Shown here: positions 36,316 through 47,560 of the stretch, one piece after another | Layout of the letters: every line of letters starts with the position of its first letter | How positions within the stretch are numbered: position 1 is the stretch's first letter | Assembly: GCF_009834535.1 (NCBI RefSeq) | Contig: NC_045697.1 | Location: 684,001 to 748,000, forward strand | Origin: Camelus ferus | Taxonomy: Eukaryota | Length of the DNA: 64,000 nucleotides | Reading direction: 5' to 3' | Program-made: the position numbers and the translations under genes | Notes under the pieces: model-generated | The model's input: the letters and a program-made list of their open reading frames with translations, nothing else | What the model was told of the DNA's origin: nothing | Database searches by the model: none

Positions 36316-38050
36316 CTTTTTTTCTCGTTTCTTTATTGCAGTAAAATGTATACAACATAAAATGTATCCTCTTAACCACTTTTAAGCGACAGTTTAGCAG
36401 TGTTAAATACACTTACACTCTTGTGTAGCCAGTACCACTGCCCCCCCATGGCTCAGCATCCTGTGACTCTGAAACTCTGTCCCCATTACACAACTCCCCA
36501 GTCCCCCGCCAGCGCCACCCCTGGCCCCTGGCACCCATCTTTAGATTTGACTGCTCTAGGGACCTCCTCTAGGTGGAATCAAACTCACAGCATTTGCCTC
36601 TTTGTGACTGATTATGTCCCTGTGTTCCACCGTGTGGACGGCCACGTTGGCTTAATCCATCCACGGACACTCGGGTGGCTTCCACATCTCAGCTGTGGTG
36701 AACATGCTTCTGTGAGCATGGGTGTGCAAATACCTCTTTGAGACCCTGCTTGCAATTCTTTGGGGTGTATACCCAGAAATGGAATTTCTGGATCCCGTGG
36801 TAATTCTCTGTCTGCTCTTTTGAGGGACCTCCATACTGTTCCCCACAGCGGCTACACTACTTTACGTTCCCACCAAGAGTGCACGAGAGCACCAGCTTCT
36901 CCATGTCCTCACCCACACTGGTTCTGTTCTGGTCTTTTGATAGTAGCCTAATGGGTGTGAGGTGGTATCTCGCTGTGGCTTTGATTTGCACTTCCCTGAC
37001 GATGAGTGACGTGCGCGATTCATGTTCTTGCTGGCCGTTCACACGTCTTCTCTGGAGAAACGTCTGGTCGAGTCCTTTGCCCATTTTTAATTGGGTTGTT
37101 TATTTTGTTGTTGTTGTTGTTGTGGAGTTTGAGCAGTTCTCTATGTATTCTGGATATCAGTTCCTCATCAGATATGCAATTTGCAAATATTTCCTCCCAC
37201 TCTGTGAGCTGCCTCTTCAATCTCTTGATAGTGTCCTTTGAGAGACAAAGGTTTAGATTTTGATTAAGTCCAATTTATTATTTTCCTGCCTGTGCTTTTG
37301 GTGTCACATCCAAGAAATCATTGCAAAATCCAAAGTCATGTTTCCCCTTATGCTTCCCTTCCTTTTATGGCTCTTACTTTAGGTCCTTGATCCATTTTGA
37401 GTTAATCTTTGTGTATGGTGTTAGATAACAGTCCTGCGTCTCTCTTTTGCATGTGGATGTCCAGTCTGCCCAGCACCATTTGTTGAAAAGACTGTCCTTT
37501 CCTTTCCCCTATCAAAAGATCTCGGCACCCTTGTCAAAAATCATCTGACCACATATGTGCAGGTTTACTCCTGGGCTCTGGATTCTATTCCACTGGTCTG
37601 TATGTCTGTCCTTACGCCAACACCACACTGTTTCGATCACTATAGTTTTGCAGTAACTTCTGAAATCGGGAACCTTGAGTTCTCCAGTTTTGTTCTTCTT
37701 TTTGGCGATTTTGAGATTCCATGTGAATTTGAGGATGAAATTTTCTATTTCTGCCAAATGCCTTGTTGAAATTTTGACAGGGATTGTAGACGAGGTCATT
37801 TGGGTGGCATCATCATCTTAACAAGATAAAATGCTCCAGTCCGTGAGTGTGGGATGTCCTTCCGCTTATTCAGGCCTCACTTAACTTCTTTCAGCAGATG
37901 CTCTGTTGTCTGCAATGTGAAGTCTTTCAGCTCCCTGGTTAAGTTTATTCCTAAGTGTTTTATTCCTTTTGGTGCTATTGTAAATGGAACTGTATTCTCA
38001 GTGTCTTTCTTGGATCATTCATTGTTAGTGTATAGAAATCTTACTGATGT
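36316..38050 (-). mobile_element. LINE-1 (L1MA/MB-like) 3' UTR plus ORF2 C-terminal region
   Basis: Minus ORFs give clear L1 ORF2 peptides: 37512-37799 (ILKFTWN...PDFRSYCKTIVIETVWCWRKDRHTDQWNRI...QMIFDKGA), 37020-37220 (KRQLTEWEEIFAN...LISRIHRELLKL) and 36857-37084 (SLIVREVQIKATARYHLTPIR). T-rich tail near 36316. Confidence 0.95.
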
Positions 38051-38064
38051 TCCAAACCCTTAAA

Positions 38065-39090
38065 AATTTAACTGTAGTTTAAAAAGCGCATAAATAGGAA
38101 TGAGCCTCTCAGTTACCACAAATGAAGTCGGTGTGTCTGCTTCATTTCCAAGTCAAGAAATAGCTTGTCCCCAGCCCACCTGGTGCCGCCTTGCAGACAC
38201 TCCTGTTCCCCCGGAGACGAGCAGTGTCCTGGATTCTGACTCCACGGTTCATGGAGCTCGTCTGGAACCTTGCACGAGGACTCACAAAGCGAGCGAGTGT
38301 GTCTGGCTGCTCCACACAACGCTGTGTGCAGGAAGCTCCTGGGTGGTGGCGTGTGCAGCAGCGAGTCGCCCGTCTCATCGGTACGCTGTTTCGTTGTGTG
38401 GCTATTCACGAGTAATTTTCCACCCTGCTGTCGATGGCCATCAGGGTATTTCCTAGTTTCTAGAACATTCTCGCACGAGTCTTTTTGTGAACATTAAGCA
38501 TGTGTGTCAGTCTGAGGATGCACCTGGGGGTGGGGAGACTGCCAGGAGTCCATATGTTTCGCTTCTGGGTGTATTGCCCGAAGTGTTCCTGCACGCCGCT
38601 ACCACTGCCCGGCCGCCCGCTGCATACTGGAGTCCTGGGGGCTTCAAAGTGGTGGCTGGAGCCAGGGCACAAGAGCTCAAAGAGCAGCTCCTACATGTGC
38701 CTTCCCAGCCCTGCGTCAGCAACGTCGCATCAGTCCCTTGAAATCAGTCACGTGGGAGCATTTACACCATGGCAGCCAACAACATGACAAACAGCACACT
38801 TTCACCCCGGAGGGCAGACTGTTAAGCATTCACCAGCTCCTTCCTGCTCCACATCATAAACCCGGGGCTTTCGTCTCCACATCCCAGTCCCCAAGGGGGG
38901 GGGATCCGTCTCCACATCCCAGTCCCCGGGGGGGATCCGTCTCCACATCCCAGTCCCCGGGGTGGATCCGTCTCCACATCCCAGTCCCCGGGGGGGATCC
39001 GTCTCCACATCCCAGTCCCCGGGGGGGGTGGATTTTGTCTTTTTCTTTTTAGCATCTGGTAAGTGTGTAGTCCCATCTCACTGTGGATTT
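38065..39090 (-). mobile_element. Older LINE-1 (L1ME-like) 3' region, left part
   Basis: 'gtgtgtctggctgctccacacaac', 'ctgtcgatggccatcagggtatttcctagttt', 'gaacattctcgcacgagtctttttgtgaaca' and 'gtaagtgtgtagtcccatctcactgtgg' are antisense L1 3' landmarks. Confidence 0.65.
38872..39033. repeat. Minisatellite, ~31-bp unit x5
   Basis: Unit CGTCTCCACATCCCAGTCCCC-G(n)-ATC repeated five times, varying essentially only in the G-rich segment. Confidence 0.95.
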
Positions 39091-39632
39091 GTTTTGTTTT
39101 GGGCTTTTTTGATTCTTTTTTAACTGAGGTATGATCAGTTTGCAACATACGCAGCATTTTTCAGTCGTACATACATATAATCCTTCTCATGTTCTTTTTC
39201 ATTGTAGGTCACTGCAGGATATTGACATTAGTTCTCTGCCTTATACAGTATGAACGTTTTATCTTTTTAATGTATAGTAGTCAGTATCTGCAAATCTCTA
39301 ACTCCCAGTTTATTCCTTCCCACCCTCTTTCCCTCCTGGTACGTAAGTTTGTTTTCTATCTGTGAGTCTGCTTCTGTTTTATAAATAAGTTCATTTGTGT
39401 CTCTCTTTTTTTTTTGAGGATTTCACATATAAGTGATACCGTTTGGTACTTTTCTTTTTCTTTCTGGCTCACTTCACTTCAAATGACAGTCTATAGGTCC
39501 ATCCATGTTGCTTCAAATGGCAATATTTCATTAACTTTTTTATGGCTGAGTAGTATTCCATTGTACAAATACACCACAGCTTCTTTTTCCAGACGTCTGT
39601 CGGCGGCCGTTTGGGCTGTCACTGTGTCTCAG
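39091..39632 (-). mobile_element. Younger 5'-truncated LINE-1 (cetartiodactyl/camelid-type 3' UTR) with target-site duplication
   Basis: Well-preserved antisense L1 3' UTR ('tatctgcaaatctctaactcccagtttattccttcccaccc', 'ggtccatccatgttgcttcaaatggca', 'tatggctgagtagtattccattg'). Flanked by CTCACTGTGG at 39077-39086 and 39633-39642. Confidence 0.85.
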
Positions 39633-39960
39633 CTCACTGTGGTTTCGGTGGGCTGTTCCAGCCTGCAGATAACATCCAGCTCCTCTTCCTGTGCTCACTG
39701 GCCGTGGGGGTCCTTTTCTTGAAGTGTCTGTTCAAGTTCTCTTGTAGGTTTGTCACAATTCTTCATGACAAACCCTTCAATGACACAGATACCTTCTCCC
39801 ACAGTCTTAGTGGTGTTTTTGAGGAATAACAGCTTTGAATTTCTACAGTTTTTTATAGTTAGTACATTCTGTTGCACTAGTTAAGAAATATTCTCGTACT
39901 CTGAGGCCATGAAGATCCTTTTTGTATTGGTCAATTACTGCTTTATTCCACATACTTACC
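39633..39960 (-). mobile_element. Continuation of the interrupted older L1
   Basis: 'ctcttcctgtgctcactggcc...gaagtgtctgttcaagt' resumes the L1 text that stopped at about 39090. Confidence 0.65.
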
Positions 39961-40084
39961 AGTTACCAGCACAGACCACTTACTGAAAATATTTTAAAAT
40001 ATGACTGCTTTAAGTATTTTTATTATTATTAATTTCACCGGGGGTGCAAGCTTGCACTCTCCCTCTCTCACTGTGTGTGTGTGT

Positions 40085-40230
40085 GTTTATGAATTTTGGG
40101 ATCATTTGAAAGTAACTTGCAGACATGCCAACCCTCTAATACTTCAGCGTGAATTTCCTAAAACTAAGGACATTCTCTTAAGAAACCACAGCATAACCAC
40201 CAGGATCAGGAAAGCAGCACATCTAGGAAC
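40085..40230 (-). mobile_element. L1MC-type 3' end fragment
   Basis: 'catttgaaagtaacttgcagacatg...taatacttcagcgtgaatttcctaaaactaaggacattctctta...aaccacagca' resembles the L1MC4/5 3' end. Confidence 0.7.
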
Positions 40231-40379
40231 CACTGCTGTCTCGCCTGCCAGCGCAAAGCCTGCCACTTGTCCCCCTGCCATGGGGGCGGCTGGCCATCCC
40301 CCGCCCCCACCCCTGCAGTCTTCTTGCCTCACTCCACCCCCTGCACCTGAGAGGACCTGCCCTGGACACCAGCAGTAGC

Positions 40380-40640
40380 ATCTCTGAAGAAACGTCTGTC
40401 CAAGTTCTTTTTCCATTTGCAATTGCGTTTGTTATTGTCCTGGAGTCATAGTGGTTCTCTGTGTGTTCTGTGTTTGCTTCCCTCAGTAGATGCATGGTTT
40501 GTGAGTATCTTCTCCCATCCTCTGGCAGCGCCCTTTGGGGCACCAAAGCTTTTAATTTTGATTAAGTCCAATTTATTTTTTTCCTTGCATGTGCTTTTGG
40601 TGTAATATCCCAGAAATCATTGCCAAACCCAACCAACCAT
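40380..40640 (-). mobile_element. LINE-1 ORF2 3' fragment
   Basis: 'aagcttttaattttgattaagtccaatttatt...tgtgcttttggtgtaatatcccagaaatcattgccaaaccc' is homologous to the L1 segment at about 37255-37335. Confidence 0.85.
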
Positions 40641-41944
40641 TGCCAAGTCCTCCTGGGGAGACAGGGGACTGCGGTGGCCAAGTGAGGGGCAAGACGGGGC
40701 TCTAGGGTCAGTGGGATCCCAGAGGAGGAAAGGCTTCGCTGTGAACACCACAGGCTGGAGCAGCAGAGGCCAGAGGGCCACAGGGTGCTGGGTGGATGGA
40801 GGGCTGGCCTGTCCGGGTTCTAAAGGCAGCCGTCTGTACACCACCCTCTCCAGCCACAGGGCCCCACTTCCAGGCCCAGCCTGCCAGCAGATCTGGGAAG
40901 GACCGACCTCATGTGCGCTGCCTTCTGCTCTATCCCAACAGCCTTGGGTGACCCAGAGCAACCAGCAGTGCCCAGTCCTGCCTTTGAAATGTGGAAAGTG
41001 GCCCTACAAGGCCCCGGGGGCAGGGGCGAGAGTGGGGACAGGCCCATGAATGCAGGGATGCGCCAAAGGGGCCCCACGAAACCTGGGCCCCGATGCCTGC
41101 ACCGGGTGAGAGGCCATGGCTGCTCGCAGACAGGGCAGATGGGAAGCCGCCTCCTGCTGGACCCGCACTGGTCATGGTCCGGGCAGGAGGGGCCCCACCT
41201 GGGGCAGCTTGCTCTGGATGGGGTCAGGGGCTGGTGCCGAGGGGAGCACAGGCTAACGGGGCACTGGCCTGGAGGGGCTCTGTCCTGGCGTGGCTGCCCT
41301 GTGTGGTCGAGCAGCAGGGCAGGTGAAGTGCAGTGGTCTCAGTCCTGCTGGGCGCCTCTTCAGACGGCCCCTGGGCCTACCTTGCCAGGCCCCCGCCGAC
41401 CACCTGGGTGGTACCTGCTCTGAGTCCCCTGTGGCCCGGCCCGCCCGCATGCTCCACCCTGGCTCCGAGGTCCCTGCTGTCACCTGGTCACATAGACCAG
41501 CCTGTGTGTCCCCAGACGAGGGATGAGTTCCCCCCACTGAGAGGCTATCAGGAGGGTCCCGCCCCCTCACAGGATGGGGGACCTGGAGTGGGGCCCCTAC
41601 TCCATGGGGCAGTGACCCCTGTGCCCCACGGTGGCCCGACCCAGGCCACCCTGCCCGTGGTAGGTGGCAGGGGTCCATGGGTCTGGCTGCTGGGCAGGAG
41701 GGGAGCCGTGGTCTGTGGAGGCCTCTTCCGCACTCTCGCGGCTGGCTCTGAGATTGCCCCAACTCGGTGAGCAGCAAACACACCGTGCGGCCAGCTGTGC
41801 AGGTTCCTGGAGCTCTCGGTGCGGTGGCAGGGCTGGGGGTGCCAGGGCATCTCAGGCTTGTCTCAGGTCAGGTGGTCTCAGAGGTGGGCTCGCCCTCTCA
41901 GGGCATGGGAGAAAGAGGGCTCCTGCCCCGGAGCCCCGTATCTT

Positions 41945-42725
41945 CTGTTTCAAATTCACGCTCTTAATTGCAATCAGTACCCGGGAAAAGAGCCTGGTCC
42001 GGGCCAGCTGTGTCGTCCACGGAGCCGGAAGGGCAGCAGAGAGGATGGGCAAAGTCGGCGACCACCAGGCTCCACGAGCAGGTGGCCCCAAGTTCTCCAT
42101 CGACTGCTCTGCCGGTTCTTGGGCACAGCGCCACAATCCTCCGAAATTACCGAGGCGCAGGGACCAGCCCCCACTCCAGGCATAAATCACATTCTCACGG
42201 CTACCACGTGCCAGAAGGCAGCGGCTCCTCCGGGAGGGCCGGCGTGACTGTCCCCTAAATTCCGAGGCTGGTGATTGATGCCACCTGCTTCACACACACC
42301 GCAGCCACCATCTGCTTACAGGGAAACATGAACTTTGAATAAGCGTGTCCTGCTGATTTTAACTGGGCTAATTTATTGCTCACACGCGGAGGAGCGGGAT
42401 TTGTGGCAAGTTCTCAGCCACCCGGGAGCCCGCAGACCAGCCCCACGGGTGCGATCATGCCTGATAAGGTCAGCGCCAACCGCAGCCACGGCCGCCAGCC
42501 CCCCAAAAGCACAGGGGAAAACAGCCCCGGCAGAGCACCTCCGTGGGGGGACTTCTTTTTGAATTAAACACTCCGGGCCCCGGCGGAAGCCTATTCATTT
42601 TCACAATCAGCTTTCTTTCCAGTTGTAAACAGGCTCTTTCTAAAACTTGTGCATGATTTTAATTACAGATAAGTTTCTCTTTAAAGGCCAGGCATTCATG
42701 CCTGGGTTGCTGAGCTGAATTCGAT
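41945..42725. promoter_or_regulatory. Candidate enhancer cluster with CpG-rich spacers
   Basis: TTAATTG, ATAAATCA 42182-42189 (Pbx-Hox, minus strand), TGATTGAT 42272-42279 (Pbx), CTTTGAA, CTAATTTATT, TTTAATTAC, AGATAAG/TGATAAG. Confidence 0.45.
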
Positions 42726-43719
42726 ACATCTCTATGTTTCTGGTGTCCAGCTGCTGCACAGGCCGGGAAGGCCGCTGACCCGGCTGGCACATGGGCAGCT
42801 GCCAGGTTCTGGACGCTCCTGGCCCCTCAGCCCAGCCAGCCCCGCCCCCACTGCCTGTTGTGACACAGTGGAACAAGCCACGTGGGGCTGAGGTGCCCAG
42901 ACCCCCAGCACGTGCCCCTCGAGCTTGGAGGTGAGGGAGGGGGAGCCACTGGGCTTCTGCTGCCCACAGAGGAGGCCTCAGGCCTCGCTCAGTGCCCAGC
43001 TGGGCACAGAGTGTGGGTGGCTGGCCTTCTGGGCCAGTGCTGGAGCCAGCCCTGAGCCACCTCCTCCGAGAAGCCTCCTGGACCTAGCCTTCCCCAGCTC
43101 CTCCTGGGAGTGACTGCTTGCTGTGGTTGGGGGCCCAGAGAGCCTCTCTCCTCAGTCAGGTTCCCAGCCAGCACATGAGCAGAGGGCCAGGGGTCTGCCT
43201 ACTCCATCACCACAGCTGCATAGGGGTCTCTGCTCCACAGCGGAGGGGTGCAGAGGGCCCCAGCATGGAGCCCCCAGTGAAGCCCGTGGTGGGGTGCAGA
43301 GGAAGGCATTTCAGAGTCGGCTGCTCTCAGTGCTGGCCAGCATGTGTGGTGCTGTCAGGGACCCCGGGTGTGGGGAAGCCTCTCAGAACCTCCACCAGCT
43401 AGCGCCGGCCAGAAGGGAGCTCTGCCGGCCTCGAGGGACAGGGGGCGCGAGCCTTTGAGATGCTCCAGGTGTGAGCGCGGATGCAGGTGCGGCAGTGCTC
43501 GGGCCCAGGAGCTCTCAGAAGCACAGAGAAGCTGCTCAGCCCCCCGACACCGGGAAGGGGAGCCAGGGTGGCGTGTGGAGGGGCATGCGTGTCCATGCGT
43601 ATTGCTGGGTGATGCGGTGTGCACACGTGCGTGCTGAACCCGCCCTCAGCCCAGGACGCCCACAGCTGTGGTTGGCTTTGCCGTGGGTTCTGAGCAACTT
43701 CAGTCTGGAGCAAAGCCCT

Positions 43720-43990
43720 TTTATTGTCATGGGTGGAAAAAGATGAGAACAAAGATGGAGCCGCAGAACATCTGGGCTCGGCCCTCAGACCCAGCAGGTC
43801 CCGCGACAGGGCTGGTCTCCCTGGGATTGGCAGAGCCTCATGGCGCGATTTTTCAGCCATGAATGACGCTACCGAGCCCTGGCTCTGTGTTGCTGCCGCT
43901 TCACCCGTAATAGCTTTAAATCCTATTATGATCACCTCATTTTACAACATGCTCCAGCCCTGGGATCAATATATCAAGATAGCCAAGTGC
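43720..43990. promoter_or_regulatory. Weak candidate enhancer island
   Basis: Locally AT-rich non-repeat text with TTTATTGTCA, GTAATAG, ATTATGATCA, ATCAATA. Confidence 0.25.
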
Positions 43991-44599
43991 CGGTTACGGT
44001 CCGGACAAGACAACTGAGCCAGGGCAGCCGCCAGGCCAAGGCCGCTCCGCACGGTGCCCGGCCCCACCTGCCCTGGGGCGGGGGGGGGGGGGGCAGTACA
44101 CTCAGGCTGAGCCAGGAAAGAGGCCAAGGAGAGGAGGGCAGCGGGGGCCACGCGGCCCCTCAGGGCCGAGGCCCAGAGTCGCCCCACGGCGTCCACCTTC
44201 TAGCCTTGGGGCCCAGCCAGCAGCACCCCCAGCCCTGTGCAGCGCCACTCACAGCCTCCTACAGCAGACACGCAGGCCCTCGAGCCCTCGGGGGGCTGCG
44301 CCTGTCCTGGCATTTCACACGCCGCTGGGACCCTTGGGGTGAGGGGGGCCGGCCATTGGGCCCCCAGGCTCGTGTTCACCGCCCAGGGCAAAGCGCCTCA
44401 GTGCAGGCAGGCCGGGCCTTCCAACAAGAGCCCCAGCCCTGTGCAGGCACCGTGGGGTGGGGGCCCCACAGGCTCAGTCCAGAGTCTCCAGGGCACATGG
44501 CCTGGCGAGGCGGCCAAGTGGAGAAGCTAAGAGACAACTCAGTTTTTGCAGAAAACACTGTGAGACAATAGTTCTCTCCCACGGGTGAGGCCTGGCCTC

Positions 44600-45327
44600 G
44601 TCGGAAGACATAGCCCCTCTCACAAAACTCAACGTACTCTAACCAGACGATCCAGCGATGGCACCCTGGGAACGTCCCCAAAGGAGCAGAAGAAACTGTG
44701 CACAGACGTCTACAGCAGCTTTATCCTTCGTTGCCAGAACCTGGAAGCAGCCAAGATGCCCTCTGGCAGGTGATGCATAAATAAACTGTGGTCCCTCTGG
44801 ACGCTGGAATATTATTCAGCACTAAAGAGAAGTGAGCTGGCACGGCATGAAAAGACACGGAGGAACCTTAAATGCACATCACCGAGGGACAGAGCCCGTC
44901 TGAAAAGGCCAGCAGACGGTATGAGTCCACCTGTGCGGCATCCTGGAAAAGGCAAACTATGGCGACGGCGACAAGACCAGTGTCTGCAGGGATTGGGGGA
45001 GGTGATCCAGCAGAGCAGGGGGTTTAGGGCAGTGAAACACTGTGCGCTGACACTGCAGTGAGGACGCCTGTCACCGCACGTTTGTCCAAAGCCGCAGAGC
45101 GCACAACACCGAGCGTGACCCCTGACGTGAACTGTGGGCTCCGGGTGGTGATGACGTGTCGGTGCAGGTTCATCGTCTGGGACAAGTGTGCCCTCCGTGG
45201 CGGTGCTGACGGCAGGGAGGCTGCAGCGGGGGATGGGAGACGGGAAGCGGAGGGGAATCTCAGTGTCACCAGCTTGACGTCTCTGTGAACCTAAAACTGC
45301 TCTAGAAATAGTTTATTAATTTAGAAA
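44600..45327 (+). mobile_element. LINE-1 3' end, L1MC1-like
   Basis: 'aacctggaagcagccaagatgccctc', 'catgaaaagacacggaggaaccttaaatgca', 'ggaaaaggcaaactatgg', 'tttagggcagtgaaac' and the terminal 'ctgtgaacctaaaactgctcta'. Confidence 0.9.
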
Positions 45328-47099
45328 CACAAGCAAACAGACACTATTAAATGGCAATTTTCTCCCATTCTGAAGCCTGGCCTCAGTGGTCAGAGACACT
45401 AGGAAACAGGACCCTTCGTACACAGTGCCCCTGAGGCCCCCCGGCCACCCTGGCCCACAGGTGGCCTGCCCCACCCCACCCGGCCCTGCCCCAGCCACGG
45501 AGCCTCAGCCTGGGCCTCCAGGGTAAAGTCAGTCAGCAGTGTTGCTCGGGGTGCTGGGACTCCGGGGCTAACGTCCAGGGAGGTGGAAAGCAGGAAGAGG
45601 TGGAGCCAGCCTGCGGGTCGTCTCACCCCCAACAACACGGACCTCAGACCCACTGCTTCCATGTGCGTGTCGCCGGTGAGGGCTGCGTGAAAGGCACACA
45701 ATGTGTGCACACTCCCCAGGCTCGTGTGTGTCCGACTGCAGGTACACCTGCCCCTGTGGGCCCGACCCACACCCAGGCGCACACCTGCCCTGCATCCACA
45801 GACACCCCAGCGCAGGTGAGCACAGGTGGGCAGTGAGCGCCCGTGTGCCCAAGAGCCCTGCACCCAAGGCCCACGGTGTCCACACCAGGGTGCCCCAGCA
45901 CCCCTCCTTCCTGCCCTGTGAGTCCCTGGGGTGGGGGCGAGGCCTCCAGGGCAGCCCCAGTGTGCACGGCACTCCGGAGGCCAGGCCCAGAGCCCTCCAG
46001 GGTGACTGCAAGGTCAGGGGGATGAGGGCTGGCCGGCCACTCACTCCTGCCCCCAGGCTCTTAACATCTGGGGCTACCTCCTGCCCAGGTCTCTGATGCT
46101 TGGCCCCTCTGGCTGCCTGGGGTCTGTTTGGTGTCCAAAGTCTTTGTGAGGCCAAGACCAGCCCAGGCCTAGCCCCGGAAGGACCTGTCCCTTCACTTCA
46201 AAATGGGGAAACCTGGGCCCTGAGGCGTGGTGTGTGGCCGGTCACACGGGGTAGTGGGTGTCTGCCCCAACCCCGTGCTTAGCCTGGACACACAGGTGCA
46301 GCCCTGGGGCTGCGGGAGGGCGGAATCTGACCTTCTGTGTGGACCCTTTGAGCCAAGGCCAGCTTGGGCAGGTCCGTCACCACCCTGCCCCAGGGGAGCC
46401 CCTGTGTGCTCCGATGGGCGGGGAGGGGCAGGGAAGGGCCCAAGGTTGGGATGTGCGGTCAGAGGCTGGGGTAAGTCCGGGGTGCTGCAGGGGCTCCAGA
46501 GCAGAGGGAAGAGGCCGGGCCCTGAGAGGGGCTGCAGTGCTGGGCGTCATCACCCAGCAGAGGCTGGGGCGCAACCAGACAGCTGCCGCTGCCGCCGGGC
46601 TCAGGGCTCAGCTTCAGGGAGCCCTTCAGAGAGGGCGGAGTCCCTGAGTCCCCGGTCTGTCTCAGGGAGGGGGCTGGGCCAGCCTCAGGTGAGTGAGGAG
46701 AGGGCTCCAGGAGGCTGGGGACACGTCGGGGGCTGCCACGTGGTCCCTGACCAGGTCGGCTGAGCCACGCATGGGTGTGGGGACTGCCAGGTTGGGGGGC
46801 AAGAGGCTGACCAGCGCCGCCAAAGTGCCCAGGGCCCCCCTGCAAGGCAGCGCGTGTGACCCAGGGCCCCAGGCGGCCAGAGCAGGCGGGCGGGGGCGGG
46901 GGCAGGCTCCCGGAGGTGCGCTGGCCCCCCTCCGCCACCGTCTTCGGTGATTTGGAAGTGTAGAAAATGGGATTACCCAGGAACAGATGTGCACAAAACG
47001 GGTGAAATGGAAAGTGTTACCATGGGCCAGGCTTTGATTACCTCTGACCCACTGCTGTCCGCTGCCCCGGTGGGGACGCAGCCCCAGCCAGAGCCCTGC

Positions 47100-47560
47100 C
47101 TCGGCGCCTCATTGAAATTGAATTGATACTTTGTGAACTTCATTTGTGAATAATGCGATCTGACAGGGACAAATGTGACGGGGGATTGTTTTCAAACCTA
47201 CTCCAAATGAAACTTATTACTGGGTAAATGCAGGCGCCTTTGTCCGGCCTCCCCTTCCCTCGGCAGCGGGCCTGAATATGTATCAGCCGTGGGGTAATTG
47301 AATTGATGATGGGGAGGGGGACGGGCGGCGCCCTCCCCAGGCCGCAGGCCCCCCCAGCCCCGCGGCCGCCCTGGCCAAGCGCCCGCTGGCGGCCCCGCAG
47401 CCGCATCAGGCCTCAGACGTCTTACATATTAATTTCCCCTCGCGGAGCGTCCACCGGCGCAGCTCAAACCCAGTTAGCGGGATTGATGAAGGCGGCAAAA
47501 GGAGAGGACGCGCGCTGATGCCACCTTTTCAGCTTCGATTAGCTCCGCCTGGAGTTCCCC
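47100..47560. promoter_or_regulatory. Candidate enhancer with adjacent CpG-rich patch
   Basis: AATTGAATTGAT at both 47116-47127 and 47296-47307, TGACAG 47161-47166, CTTTGT twice, ATTAATT, GATTGAT; CpG-dense from about 47320 to 47680. Confidence 0.5.

Noticed and set aside
36857..37799. L1 ORF2-like peptides as an active retrotransposon or domesticated gene
   Set aside because: Split across frames by stops and frameshifts and 5'-truncated; a dead copy.
38872..39033. Regularly spaced ~31-bp repeats as a CRISPR-like array
   Set aside because: No unique spacers, no cas genes, and a mammalian context; it is a head-to-tail minisatellite.
37255..40635. Similar ~75-bp segments near 37255-37335 and 40555-40635
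   Set aside because: Both are the same region of L1 ORF2 from separate L1 fragments, not a specific local duplication.
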